Origin: an uncultured Acidobacteriota bacterium
GTDB taxonomy: Bacteria; Acidobacteriota; Thermoanaerobaculia; Gp7-AA8
DNA: 64,000 nucleotides
Reading direction: 5' to 3'
NCBI GenBank assembly: GCA_963741955.1
Contig: CAVUKB010000001.1
Location: forward strand, 32,001-96,000
Shown here piece after piece: positions 30,358 through 40,194 of the stretch. Within the stretch, counting starts at the first letter, position 1. Each line of letters opens with the position of its first letter. Both the position numbers and the translations under genes were made by a program. Under the pieces are notes generated by a model. That model saw only the letters and a program-made list of their open reading frames with translations. It was not told where the DNA came from and made no database searches.

Positions 30358-30434
30358 AGGCTCTTAGCTCAGTTGGTTAGAGCGCCACCTTGACACGGTG
30401 GAGGTCAGCGGTTCGAGTCCGCTAGAGCCTACCA
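30358..30434 (+). tRNA. tRNA-Val(GAC)
   Basis: Full cloverleaf: AGGCTCT/AGAGCCT acceptor stem, TTGACAC anticodon loop, encoded CCA. Confidence 0.97.
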
Positions 30435-30443
30435 TTCACGACG

Positions 30444-30518
30444 ATGGCGACATTCACGAAGGACGGAGCCGGCACTCGAACGACGAGCACGCGCTCGAGT
30501 GGACATCCCTGTCGATAG
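30444..30518 (+). CDS. putative Thr-rich attenuator leader peptide (MATFTKDGAGTRTTSTRSSGHPCR)
   Basis: 6 Thr codons in 24 aa, just upstream of a terminator and thrS. Confidence 0.6.
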   Translation: MATFTKDGAGTRTTSTRSSGHPCR

Positions 30519-30545
30519 TTCGTGAAAACAGGATTGCGACGAATG

Positions 30546-30574
30546 AAGACAGGGTTTACGGCCCTGTCTTTTTT
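30546..30574 (+). terminator. intrinsic terminator/attenuator upstream of thrS
   Basis: AAGACAGGG-TTTACGG-CCCTGTCTT followed by a T run. Confidence 0.8.
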
Positions 30575-30627
30575 GTTGCTGCGACGGAATTCAGGAGCGG
30601 GCCCGGGTGGCCCGAGGAGTGAGTGAG

Positions 30628-32541
30628 ATGCAAGTACAACTGCCGGACGGTTCGGTGAAAGAGGTGCAGGAGGGAGCCACTGTCGCTGCGGTCGCCGAGT
30701 CGATCGGCAAGCGGCTGGCGAAGGACGCCCTCGCGGGGAAGATCGACGGGAAGATCGTCGACGTCTACTTTCCGGTTCCCGACCGCGCCAAGGTGGAGAT
30801 CATCACTCCGAAGAGCGAGGAGGGGCGCGACGTGATCCGGCATTCGACCGCCCACCTGATGGCGATGGCGGTGCAGGAGCTCTTCCCCGGAACTCAGGTC
30901 ACCATCGGGCCCGTGATCGAGAACGGTTTCTTCTACGACTTCGCGACCGACCGCCCTTTCACCGACGAGGATCTCCGCCGCATCGAGGAGAAGATGCAGG
31001 AGATCGTGAAGCGTGATCTCCCGATCCAGCGCGAGGAGTGGGCGCGCGACGACGCGATCGCCGAATTCGAGCGGGCGGGGGAAAAGTACAAGGCGGAGAT
31101 CATCCGCGATATCCCTCCGGGCGAGACCCTCTCGGTCTACCGGCAGGGCGAATGGAAGGATCTCTGCCGCGGGCCGCACGTTCCCTCCACCGGACGTCTC
31201 GGGGCGTTCAAGCTCCTCTCCGTCGCCGGCGCGTACTGGCGCGGTGACGAGCGGAACGCGATGCTCCAGCGGATCTACGGCACCGCCTGGGCCGATCAGA
31301 AGGAGCTCGAGGAGCATCTGAGGCGGATCGAGGAAGCGAAGGCGCGCGATCACCGCAAGCTGGGAAAGGAGCTCGGCCTCTTCACCTTCTCCCACTTCGC
31401 TCCGGCGATGCCGATCTTCCTTCCGAAAGGGGCGGTGATCTACCGGGAGCTGATGACCTTCGTCCGCGAGTACTACGATCGTGACGGCTACTCGGAGGTG
31501 GTCACTCCTCTCATCTGGGAATCGGAGATCTTCCACGTCTCGGGGCACTACGAGAACTACAAGGATTCGATGTTCTTTTCCGACATCGACGAGCGGGAGT
31601 ACGGCGTGAAGCCGATGAACTGCCCGGGGCACACCCAGATCTTCGCCCTCGAGCGCCGCTCGTACCGCGATCTCCCGATGCGGATCGCCGACTTCGCGCG
31701 CCTCCACCGCTTCGAGCGGTCGGGCGTGACCCATGGGCTCGCGCGCGTCCGTTCGTTCTCACAGGACGACGCGCATCTGTTCGTGACTCCGGAGCAGATC
31801 GAGGAAGAGATGGGGCGGGAGATCCGGCTGATCAACGAGATGTACGAAGTGTTCGGATTCGAGAACGTGAAGGTCGCGCTCTCGACCCGTCCCGAGAAGC
31901 GGCTCGGAGACGATGCGATGTGGGACCGCGCCGAGGGCGCGCTCGAGGATGCACTCGAGCGCGAGCACGTCGAGTATCACGTCAACCCGGGTGAGGGAGC
32001 GTTCTACGGGCCGAAGCTCGAGTTCCAGGTCACCGACGCGATCGGCCGGCCGTGGCAGCTCGGTACCATCCAGCTCGATTACGCCCTCCCTCAGCGGTTC
32101 GATCTCTCCTACGTCGGCGCAGACAACTCCGAGCACCGTCCGGTGATGATCCACCGGGCGATCCTCGGGTCGATCGAGCGCTTCTTCGGGATCATCACCG
32201 AGCATTTCGCAGGGGCGTTCCCGCTCTGGCTCGCTCCGGTCCAGGCGACCGTGCTCCCCCTCTCGGAGAAGCATCTCGAGTACGGACGGAAAGTCGAGCG
32301 GGAGCTTCGGGCGGCGGGGCTGCGGGTCGAGCTCGACGGCAGCAACGAGAAGCTCGGAGCGAAGATCCGCTCCGCGCAGCTCCAGAAGATCCCGTACATG
32401 CTGGTGGTGGGTGAGAAGGAAGAGACGGCCGGAACCGTTGCGTTGCGTAAGCGGACCGGAGGCGACCAGGGGGCGATGACCGTCGAGGCTCTCGTCGCGG
32501 AAGCGAAGGATCTGATCGGCCTCCGATCCTTGACTTTGTAG
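30628..32541 (+). CDS. thrS: threonine--tRNA ligase
   Basis: RHSTAHLMA, DLCRGPHVP, RDHRKLGKEL, KPMNCPGH, GAFYGPK, HRAILGSIERF. Confidence 0.98.
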   Translation: MQVQLPDGSVKEVQEGATVAAVAESIGKRLAKDALAGKIDGKIVDVYFPVPDRAKVEIITPKSEEGRDVIRHSTAHLMAMAVQELFPGTQVTIGPVIENGFFYDFATDRPFTDEDLRRIEEKMQEIVKRDLPIQREEWARDDAIAEFERAGEKYKAEIIRDIPPGETLSVYRQGEWKDLCRGPHVPSTGRLGAFKLLSVAGAYWRGDERNAMLQRIYGTAWADQKELEEHLRRIEEAKARDHRKLGKELGLFTFSHFAPAMPIFLPKGAVIYRELMTFVREYYDRDGYSEVVTPLIWESEIFHVSGHYENYKDSMFFSDIDEREYGVKPMNCPGHTQIFALERRSYRDLPMRIADFARLHRFERSGVTHGLARVRSFSQDDAHLFVTPEQIEEEMGREIRLINEMYEVFGFENVKVALSTRPEKRLGDDAMWDRAEGALEDALEREHVEYHVNPGEGAFYGPKLEFQVTDAIGRPWQLGTIQLDYALPQRFDLSYVGADNSEHRPVMIHRAILGSIERFFGIITEHFAGAFPLWLAPVQATVLPLSEKHLEYGRKVERELRAAGLRVELDGSNEKLGAKIRSAQLQKIPYMLVVGEKEETAGTVALRKRTGGDQGAMTVEALVAEAKDLIGLRSLTL

Positions 32542-32694
32542 TCCTTTGTCCGTAGATTTTGCCGGCGTGTCGGGACTCGTCTGTCCGGAATTTGCAATGG
32601 ATCCCGGCGACGCGACCCACGTCGAGCCTGCAGCGAACCGGCAGGGTGTCCCGCCGGTCGCTGATTATTGTTTCTGATCGAGGAGGAGTGACTT

Positions 32695-33249
32695 ATCTAT
32701 CCACCGCGCCGTTACGGCAGATTTGACCGAAGACCGGCAGAGCCGGAGAACAGAATCAACGAGCGGATCCGCGCCACTGAAGTGCGCGTGATCGACGACG
32801 AGGGCGAGCAGGTCGGAGTGATCCCGCTGGTCCAGGCTCAGGAGATGGCGAAAGCGAAGGATCTCGATCTGGTCGAGATCGCCCCGAACGCCACTCCCCC
32901 CGTCTGCAAGATCATGGACTACGGGAAGTTTCTGTTCCAGCAGAAGAAGAAGGCGGGAGAAGCGAAAAAGAAGCAGAAGGTCATTCTCGTCAAGGAAGTT
33001 CAGTTCCGGCCGCGGATCGACGAGCACGATTTCAATTTCAAGAAGAACCACGTCCTTCGTTTTCTGGACGAGGGAGCGAAGGTCAAGGCGATCATCCGCT
33101 TTCGCGGACGCGAAATGGCGCATCAGGAGCTCGGACGGGCGCTGCTCGACCGGCTGGTGCAGGAGATCGCCGAGATCGGGGCGCCGGAAGGCTATCCCGA
33201 GATGCAGGGCAACCGGATGATCATGATCCTGTCGCCGAAAAAGCAGTAG
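32695..33249 (+). CDS. infC: translation initiation factor IF-3 (probable ATC start)
   Basis: [41 protein letters not shown]; AGGAGGAG 6 nt before in-frame ATC. Confidence 0.93.
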   Translation: MYPPRRYGRFDRRPAEPENRINERIRATEVRVIDDEGEQVGVIPLVQAQEMAKAKDLDLVEIAPNATPPVCKIMDYGKFLFQQKKKAGEAKKKQKVILVKEVQFRPRIDEHDFNFKKNHVLRFLDEGAKVKAIIRFRGREMAHQELGRALLDRLVQEIAEIGAPEGYPEMQGNRMIMILSPKKQ

Positions 33250-33313
33250 AGATCAGCCAGAGGGAATCAAAACCGGACCCTTCCGGTTGAACCGCAAGCT
33301 CGAGGAATTGACT

Positions 33314-33511
33314 ATGCCTAAGATGAAGACCCATCGTGGAGCCGCAAAGCGCTTCCAGAAGACCGGCACCGGAAAGGTGACCCGTCATCACGCATTCCAT
33401 TCGCACATCCTGACCAAGAAGGCGTCAGGCCGGAAACGTCATCTCGCGGGCGAAGCCATCGTGTCGAAGGCCAACGAGAAGACGGTCAACCGGATGCTGC
33501 CCTATCTGTAG
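33314..33511 (+). CDS. rpmI: 50S ribosomal protein L35
   Basis: [20 protein letters not shown]. Confidence 0.97.
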   Translation: MPKMKTHRGAAKRFQKTGTGKVTRHHAFHSHILTKKASGRKRHLAGEAIVSKANEKTVNRMLPYL

Positions 33512-33623
33512 GACCAACGTTCCGGCCTCGGGCCGGACCCCACGAGCGCGTTCCGGGTTCCGTTCTCACTCCTGACCCGGCCGCTCCGAAGACGCCTTTT
33601 CAGGCAGAAACGAGGAGAGAACG

Positions 33624-33992
33624 ATGCCGAGAGTCAAGCGCGGAAACAAGCGCAAAAACCGCCGTATCAAAATTCTGAAGCTCGCCAAAGGCTATTACGG
33701 GATGAAATCCCGTGGCCACCGCATCGCCAAAGAGCAGGTGGCCCGCAGCCTCAACTTCGCATACACCGGCCGCAAGGACCGCAAGGGCGACTTCCGTAAG
33801 CTCTGGATCGCCCGCATCAACGCGGCCGCCCGGATGAACGGACTGTCGTACTCGAAGCTCATCGCGGGACTGAAGGCCGCCGGATCGACCATCGACCGGA
33901 AGGTCCTCGCCGATATCGCGGTGAACGACGCGGCCGGATTTACGGCCATCGCCCAGAGTGCGAAGGACGCGCTCGGACGCCAGAGCGCCTGA
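33624..33992 (+). CDS. rplT: 50S ribosomal protein L20
   Basis: [37 protein letters not shown]. Confidence 0.98.
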   Translation: MPRVKRGNKRKNRRIKILKLAKGYYGMKSRGHRIAKEQVARSLNFAYTGRKDRKGDFRKLWIARINAAARMNGLSYSKLIAGLKAAGSTIDRKVLADIAVNDAAGFTAIAQSAKDALGRQSA

Positions 33993-34014
33993 GCCTCCGG
34001 AACGTGCTTACGGA

Positions 34015-34058
34015 ATCTTCTGCCGGGAGGGATCTCGGCAGAAGATCTTTCTGTTTTT
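34015..34058 (+). terminator. probable intrinsic terminator after rplT
   Basis: ATCTTCTGCCG / CGGCAGAAGAT stem followed by a T-rich tail. Confidence 0.6.
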
Positions 34059-34158
34059 GAGCGTTTTTTGAGAATTTCGTTCTGTATTTGCGTGCTGTTG
34101 CAGAATGATCTTCTGCACCGCACCGGCGAGGCCCGACTCCGGGTAGAATTCGACCGCC

Positions 34159-35202
34159 ATGTCCGAGACTGACACCTCAATCCTCGACGAGATCCGCGAG
34201 ATGGAGCGCGATTTCGACCAGCAGATCGGGAAAGCCGGCTCTCCCGCCGCTCTCGACGAGCTTCGCGTCCACTACTTCGGAAGAAAAGGGGGTCTGGTTC
34301 CAGCCCTCTTCACCCGTCTGAAATCCGTCCCTCCCGATCGGAAGCGCGAAGTCGGCGACGCGATGAACCAGCTCCGCAACCACATCGAGTCGGAGCTCAA
34401 GGGACGACTCGAGAGCTCCGCGGCCGCCGAGCAGAAGCGGAAGGAAGCGGAGAGCCGGATCGACGTCACGCTTCCCGGGCGCCGTCCGCACCTCGGAAGC
34501 CTTCACCCGGTCACGCTCCTCCGCCGCGAGATCGAGCAGATCTTCCGCGAGATGGGGTACACCATCGAATCGGGTCCGGAGATCGAGACGGACTGGTACA
34601 ACTTCGAGGCTCTGAACTTCACCCCCGAGCATCCGGCCCGGGACACCCAGGACACGTTCTACCTCACCGACAAGTACCTGCTGCGGACCCATACCTCCAA
34701 TGTCCAGATCCGGACGATGGAAAAGTACCGGCCGCCGTTGAAGGTTCTCTCGGCGGGACGCGTCTACAGGCGTGACGAGATCACACTCCGCCGCTCGCCG
34801 ATGTTTCATCAGATCGAAGGCTTCATGGTCGACCAGGGGATCCACTTCGGACATCTGCGCGGCACGCTCGAGCACTTCATCCACAAGATCTTCGGGGAGA
34901 ACAGCAAAGTGCGGTTCCGGCCGAGCTACTTCCCCTTCACCGAGCCGTCGGCCGAAGTCGACATGTCGTGCCTCTTCTGCAAAGGAAAAGGGTGCGGGAC
35001 CTGTTCGCAGACCGGATGGATGGAGATCCTCGGGTGCGGATCGATCCACCCGCAGGTGCTCAGGAACGTCGGAATCGACCCGGAAGTCTGGAGCGGATTC
35101 GCGTTCGGACTCGGCATCGACCGGGCGGCCATGCTCAAGTACGACATGCCGAACATCCGGACCCTCTTCGAGAACGACCTGAGAGTGTTGAATCAGTTCT
35201 GA
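34159..35202 (+). CDS. pheS: phenylalanine--tRNA ligase alpha subunit
   Basis: HPARDTQDTFY, LLRTHTS, FHQIEG, FRPSYFPFTEPS, GFAFGLGIDR. Confidence 0.97.
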   Translation: MSETDTSILDEIREMERDFDQQIGKAGSPAALDELRVHYFGRKGGLVPALFTRLKSVPPDRKREVGDAMNQLRNHIESELKGRLESSAAAEQKRKEAESRIDVTLPGRRPHLGSLHPVTLLRREIEQIFREMGYTIESGPEIETDWYNFEALNFTPEHPARDTQDTFYLTDKYLLRTHTSNVQIRTMEKYRPPLKVLSAGRVYRRDEITLRRSPMFHQIEGFMVDQGIHFGHLRGTLEHFIHKIFGENSKVRFRPSYFPFTEPSAEVDMSCLFCKGKGCGTCSQTGWMEILGCGSIHPQVLRNVGIDPEVWSGFAFGLGIDRAAMLKYDMPNIRTLFENDLRVLNQF

Positions 35203-35281
35203 GGGTTTTCGAAGACGTCGGATCCCGGGCCGGTCCGCGCCGCGGTGCCGGAAGAGCCGATGCGAAATTTCGAATCGCGAC

Positions 35282-35551
35282 TCAGGAGAGGTTTCGCAGT
35301 TCTTTTCCCGGTTTGAAGCGGATGGTGTTCCCCGGAGGAATCTTGACCTCGACGCCGGTCTTCGGATTGCGACCGATGCCTTTCTTCCGCTGCTTGACCT
35401 GGAAGACGCCGAATCCGCGGAGCTCGATCCGCTGCCCGCGCGCCAGGGCGTTCCGCAGCCCTTCGATCACCGTGTCGACGGCTTCGGCGGCCTTGACCCG
35501 CGAGATGTCGGTTGCTTCCGCGACGCGATTGACGATGTCGGCTTTGATCAT
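35282..35551 (-). CDS. HU/IHF-family DNA-binding protein
   Basis: MIKADIV, IELRGFGVF, GRNPKTG, FKPGKEL; GGAGG RBS. Confidence 0.93.
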   Translation of the reverse strand: MIKADIVNRVAEATDISRVKAAEAVDTVIEGLRNALARGQRIELRGFGVFQVKQRKKGIGRNPKTGVEVKIPPGNTIRFKPGKELRNLS

Positions 35552-35683
35552 CGAACCTCCGAGAGGCACTGATTATAGGGGTCGCGGCGACGCCGGTCAA
35601 ATCATTAAACTACTGATTTCTATTCACTTGGAGTCGGATCAGGACGGTTCAGTGCCGTCTCCTGAAAATGGAGCCTTCCCCGG

Positions 35684-36049
35684 ATGAACGAACGTCATCG
35701 CATCGACTCGTGGCTGAAGCTCTGCTGCGTCTTCAAGCAGCGCTCGGATGCCGCCGAGGCCTGCCGCGGCGGACACGTCAAGCTCAACGGGAACCGCGTG
35801 AAGCCGTCGACCGTCGTCCGGATCGACGACCTGATCGAGCTGACGGAGCCGCGGTTTCGCAGGCTGGTGGTGCTCGGGCTGCCGGAGTCATCGATCTCGA
35901 AGGAAGTGGCCCGCACGATGTACCGAGACGAAACGCCGGAGCTCCCGGCGCGGCCGTCGGAGCTCGGCGGAGAATTCCGCGACCGCGGCGCGGGACGGCC
36001 GACGAAGAAGGAACGGCGGGACATTTCGAAGATCAAGGGTGGGCGGTAG
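35684..36049 (+). CDS. hslR: S4-domain ribosome-associated heat shock protein Hsp15
   Basis: RIDSWL..FKQRSDAAEACRGGHVKLNG, GAGRPTKKERR. Confidence 0.85.
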   Translation: MNERHRIDSWLKLCCVFKQRSDAAEACRGGHVKLNGNRVKPSTVVRIDDLIELTEPRFRRLVVLGLPESSISKEVARTMYRDETPELPARPSELGGEFRDRGAGRPTKKERRDISKIKGGR

Positions 36050-36192
36050 GAGACAGTTCGGATTTGGGATTTCGGATTGGCTGTGCCGGAGTCGACGATT
36101 CAGCTGTTTGGCGTCGCTTCGCGGCGATCTCCGGGCGCTGGTCACGGAATCGGTCGGGCTGGCGCAGCAAATCCGAAATCCGAAATGCGCCG

Positions 36193-37290
36193 TTACACGT
36201 TCACGAACTTTCTGAAATCGACGTTCAGGATCAACCCGATCGCCATGAAGAACATCATGGTCGACGAACCTCCGTACGAGACGAGAGGGAGCGGGATGCC
36301 TGTCGTCGGCAGAAGTCCGATCTGCATCGACACGTTGATGACGATGTGGAAGATGAAGAACGAGATCAGTGCGATGGCAAGGAAGGTTCCACCTCGATCC
36401 CTCGACGCCTTTGCGATTGCGAAGGCCTGCAGAATGAGAAAAAGGTAGAGGGCGAGGAGCACGAGGACGCCGACGAATCCCCACTCCTCTCCGAGGACTG
36501 CGAAGATGAAGTCGGTGTGACGCGCGGGGAGGTATTCGTATTTCGCCTGCGTCCCCTGCTTGAATCCTTTTCCGGTGATGCCGCCCGAGCCGATGGCGAT
36601 CTTCGCCTGCGTCACCTGGTATCCGCGTCCGAGCGGATCGCGCTCCGGATTGAGGAAGGTGAGGATGCGCTCCTTCTGGTAGGGCTTCATGACCGGCGAG
36701 AACCAGACCGCGGGGACGATCACCGCGACGAGCAACCCGGCGATGATCCAGTACCTCAGCCGGATTCCACCGAAATACATCGCCGCGGCCACCAGAGGGA
36801 AGAACGTTGCCGCGGTTCCGAAGTCGGGCTGGAAGAGAATCAGGAGGACCGGGATGCCTATGATCGCGGTCACCATTCCGAACGAGCGGAAGTTCAGGTA
36901 GGCCCTCTCATTGGAGTCGAAGTACTTTGCCAGGGCCAGTGCGGTGAATATTTTCATGAACTCGGAGGGCTGGAACTGGAACTGTCCGAGGTGGATCCAG
37001 GAGCGGACGTTCGCAGTGAGCCGGCCCCACACGAGGAGATAGGCAAGAAGCGCGAGCCCGACGGCGTAGAGGATCGGCGCCGCGTCGAACCAGACGTGGT
37101 AGTCGACGAAGAGGAATACGAGCATCAGGACGATGCCGATCGCGACCCAGAGCATCTGCCGCTGAAACACGGTGTTGCCGAGAGAGAAATATGTGGCGCT
37201 GTAGATGAGCATCAGACCGATCCCGGCGATGACCAGGGCGGTGCCCATGAAGTTGAAGTCGATCCGGGAGACGGTGCGACTGTTCAGCAT
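36193..37290 (-). CDS. rodA: rod shape-determining protein RodA (SEDS family)
   Basis: FQPSEFMK, QPDFGTA, AIGSGG, HTDFIF, GIPLPLVSYGGSS; downstream of mrdA. Confidence 0.95.
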   Translation of the reverse strand: MLNSRTVSRIDFNFMGTALVIAGIGLMLIYSATYFSLGNTVFQRQMLWVAIGIVLMLVFLFVDYHVWFDAAPILYAVGLALLAYLLVWGRLTANVRSWIHLGQFQFQPSEFMKIFTALALAKYFDSNERAYLNFRSFGMVTAIIGIPVLLILFQPDFGTAATFFPLVAAAMYFGGIRLRYWIIAGLLVAVIVPAVWFSPVMKPYQKERILTFLNPERDPLGRGYQVTQAKIAIGSGGITGKGFKQGTQAKYEYLPARHTDFIFAVLGEEWGFVGVLVLLALYLFLILQAFAIAKASRDRGGTFLAIALISFFIFHIVINVSMQIGLLPTTGIPLPLVSYGGSSTMMFFMAIGLILNVDFRKFVNV

Positions 37291-37339
37291 CGAGCTTCCC
37301 TTCCCGATGACGCTCTCGTGATGTCTCGGCAGGTCTTCA

Positions 37340-39292
37340 TCAGAACGACTCGTCGGGTTTCGGAGCTTCCGGCTTGGGGAGCTCGCCTTTTTTCAACTGC
37401 TGGAGCGTTTCGGGGTTCTTCAGATCGAACGTGGCCGACTTGAGTTGATTGCGGAAGTGAGCCATGTAGAGCTCTTTGGCCAGAGGAGCCGCATCGGAAC
37501 CGCCATGACCGCCGTGCTCGACGAAGACCACCACCACCAGCTGCGGATTGTCGCGCGGAGCAAACGACGCGAACCAGGCGTGATCGCGGTACTTGAATGG
37601 GAGCGATTCGGTTCGAATCCAGCCGTGCTGCGCGACGACCTGCACGGTTCCGGTTTTCCCGCAGACGTCGAGCCCGTCGATCTCGGCGTTTCCGCCGGTG
37701 CCGCCCGGTTCGTTCACCACTTTCCAGAGTCCCAGGCGGACGGCTTTCAGTGCCGACGGGTCGAGCTTCACCTGATGAAGAATTTCCGGAGCGACCACTT
37801 TCCGGACCGGCTTTCCATTCGGCCCGCGATCGTCGATTGCCTTGAGCACGTGCGGACGGTAGACGTTTCCTCCGTTCCCGATGGCCGCCATCATGTTCGC
37901 AGTCTGGAGAACGGTGACGAGGAGAGGCCCCTGTCCGATGGCGACGGAGATCGTCTCGCTGGGATACCACTTCCGGTGCTGCTTCTTCTCGGCCCATTCG
38001 ACGGAGGGGACGATCCCGGCCTTCTCCCCTTCCAGGTCGATCTTCGTGAGTGATCCGAACGAGAGCTCCTTCGCGGTCTCGGCGATGTTGTCCACGCCGA
38101 GCCGCGCTCCGACGTTGTAGAAGTAGACGTCGCAGGAGTGCTTGATCGCATCCGCGAGGGTGAGATCGCCGTGGCCTTCCCGCTTCCAGCAGCGGAACCG
38201 GCGGCCGAAGAAGACCTGGCTTCCGCCGCAGAAGAAATCCGTCTGTGGCGTGATCGCTCCATGCTCGAGCCCGGACATTGCCATGACTGCCTTGAAGACG
38301 GAGCCGGGTGAGTAGAGCCCCTGGATGGCCCGATTCTGAAGGAGATTGAACGGGTTCGAAACGATCTCTTTCCACGTCTCGGGGGTGAAACGGCGGGAAA
38401 AGACATTCGGGTCGAAAGCCGGACTGGAGACCATCGCGAGCACTTCGCCGTTCTTCGGATTCAGGACCACGGCCGCTCCGACCAGCTGTTTCTGGATGAA
38501 GTACTGCTCGGCCCGTCGCTGAAGGTCGGAGTCGATGGTGAGGAAGACGTTCCTCCCGGGAGTCGGATTGCGTCGCGCAGCGGTGTATTCGGAGATGGTC
38601 CGCCCATGGCTGTCGACGATCATGTAGCGCGCCCCGTCCATGCCGCGAAGATAGCGGTCGTAGACGATCTCCACCCCCTTCTTTCCGATCAGATCACCCA
38701 TCTTGAGAGTGCCGTCGCCGGCGAGGTCCTTGTTGGTGGCTTCTCCCATGTAGCCGAGCACGTGTGCGGCCATGATCCCGTACGGATAGTTGCGTCGCTG
38801 TACGGTCTCGACCGAGAGTGCGGGGAAAATCATGTTCCGCGCCTCGATCTGTGCGACCTGTTCACTGGTCAGATCTTCAGCCATGGGAAGAGGCTGATTC
38901 GCGAGGACCTGTTTCGCATTCCGGTCCATTCGGGCCTCTAGATCCGGAACGGTCATCCCGAGCACGCCCGCCACGTAATCGAGCATCCGCTGGCGGTGAT
39001 GTGGGTCGGTCTTGACGATCTCTCGCAGATCACTGCGCCGGAGAGTGAGGACGTAGGAGGGCTGGTTGTCCGCGAGAATCTTTCCGTTGCGGTCCATGAT
39101 CAGCCCGCGTTTCGCGCGGATCGGGACCTCCCGGAGTGTGTTGGAGGCCGAAAGCGCCCGATACTTCTCTGCCTGGACTCCCTGGACATACCAGAACGCA
39201 CCCGCCAGAAAGACGAAGGTGAGAACGATGAGCCAGGTTACGACGTTGATTCTGAAGTTCAGGAACTTCTGGTCGTCTCGATAAGCGCGCAT
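37340..39292 (-). CDS. mrdA: penicillin-binding protein 2
   Basis: RGLIMDRNG, YSPGSVFK (SxxK), SCD, GKTGT. Confidence 0.95.
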   Translation of the reverse strand: MRAYRDDQKFLNFRINVVTWLIVLTFVFLAGAFWYVQGVQAEKYRALSASNTLREVPIRAKRGLIMDRNGKILADNQPSYVLTLRRSDLREIVKTDPHHRQRMLDYVAGVLGMTVPDLEARMDRNAKQVLANQPLPMAEDLTSEQVAQIEARNMIFPALSVETVQRRNYPYGIMAAHVLGYMGEATNKDLAGDGTLKMGDLIGKKGVEIVYDRYLRGMDGARYMIVDSHGRTISEYTAARRNPTPGRNVFLTIDSDLQRRAEQYFIQKQLVGAAVVLNPKNGEVLAMVSSPAFDPNVFSRRFTPETWKEIVSNPFNLLQNRAIQGLYSPGSVFKAVMAMSGLEHGAITPQTDFFCGGSQVFFGRRFRCWKREGHGDLTLADAIKHSCDVYFYNVGARLGVDNIAETAKELSFGSLTKIDLEGEKAGIVPSVEWAEKKQHRKWYPSETISVAIGQGPLLVTVLQTANMMAAIGNGGNVYRPHVLKAIDDRGPNGKPVRKVVAPEILHQVKLDPSALKAVRLGLWKVVNEPGGTGGNAEIDGLDVCGKTGTVQVVAQHGWIRTESLPFKYRDHAWFASFAPRDNPQLVVVVFVEHGGHGGSDAAPLAKELYMAHFRNQLKSATFDLKNPETLQQLKKGELPKPEAPKPDESF

Positions 39293-39422
39293 GGTTATCT
39301 GTTATCTGTTATCTGTTATCGAATATCTGCGGTCTGGCCTCTGTCCGGTTGCAATCCGGGAGCCGATGCTGTTCCTTCGCTTCTATTGAATTCAAAATCT
39401 GAAATTCGAAATCCCCGGTCAC

Positions 39423-39690
39423 AGATCCTCGATCCACGATCCACGATGCCTTTCAGATCCTCGATCCTCGATCCGCAATGCCTTTCAGATCCTCGATCCT
39501 CGATCCGCAATGCCTTTCAGATCCTCGATCCGCGATCCTCGATCTACGATGCCTTTCAGATCCTCGATCCTCGATCCTCGATCCTCGATCCACAATGCCT
39601 TTCAGATCCCCGATCCGCGATCCGCGATCCACGATCCACGATGCCTTTCAGATCCTCGATCTCAGATCCTCGATCTCAGATGCTTTTTCA
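39423..39690. repeat. compound tandem array: ATGCCTTTCAG anchor plus 3-5 ATCCTCG-type heptamers, 7 anchors
   Basis: Anchors at 39446, 39478, 39510, 39549, 39595, 39641 and 39680; spacings 32/32/39/46/46/39 = 11+7n. Confidence 0.88.
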
Positions 39691-40194
39691 CCATCCCAGC
39701 GGGCGTTTGGTCGCTTCGATCGGCTCTTCGCTCAGGAAGAGCGAGAGAAGCTGATAGACGAGCATTCCGAAGAGCGCGGTGATCAGCATCTTGAGGATCA
39801 CTTCCTGTCCCATCAGCTCGACCGGCTGGCGGAGAAGGATGTTCACCAGAACGTAGATCAACAGCTCGTTGACGATGACCCCTGCGGCGAGTGCTCCTCC
39901 GAATGCCACTACCCCACGGAGCACGATCCGCGAGTTCACGTATGCGACCATGTATCCGACGAGCGTGAGGGCAAAGGCGTGCATTCCGAAGATCGCGTTG
40001 GTGAACGCGTCCTGAACGAAGCCGGCCACGGTTCCCGCGACGATCGCCCCGACGAGATTTCCTCCCATCGAGTAGTAGATCACCAGGATCAGGTACGGAT
40101 TGAAGAAGGCGAGTGCATTCGGATAGAAGTTGTCCAGCAGCGAATGCAACGTCAGAGCGAGGATCAGGCCGACGATGTAACGGAGCCATCTCAA
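39688..40194 (-). CDS. mreD: rod shape-determining protein MreD
   Basis: Hydrophobic protein with AGFVQDAF..FGMHAFALTLVGY, between mreC and mrdA; TTG start overlaps the mreC stop. Confidence 0.88.
   Translation of the reverse strand: MRWLRYIVGLILALTLHSLLDNFYPNALAFFNPYLILVIYYSMGGNLVGAIVAGTVAGFVQDAFTNAIFGMHAFALTLVGYMVAYVNSRIVLRGVVAFGGALAAGVIVNELLIYVLVNILLRQPVELMGQEVILKMLITALFGMLVYQLLSLFLSEEPIEATKRPLGW

Noticed and set aside
30440-30600. T-box riboswitch before thrS
   Set aside because: No AAnnnGGGTGG(T/A)ACC-type T-box consensus before the terminator and too little room for stem I
34004-34060. pheM-like Phe leader peptide (VLTESSAGRDLGRRSFCF)
   Set aside because: Only two Phe codons, located in the terminator's T tail rather than upstream of the hairpin; no RBS
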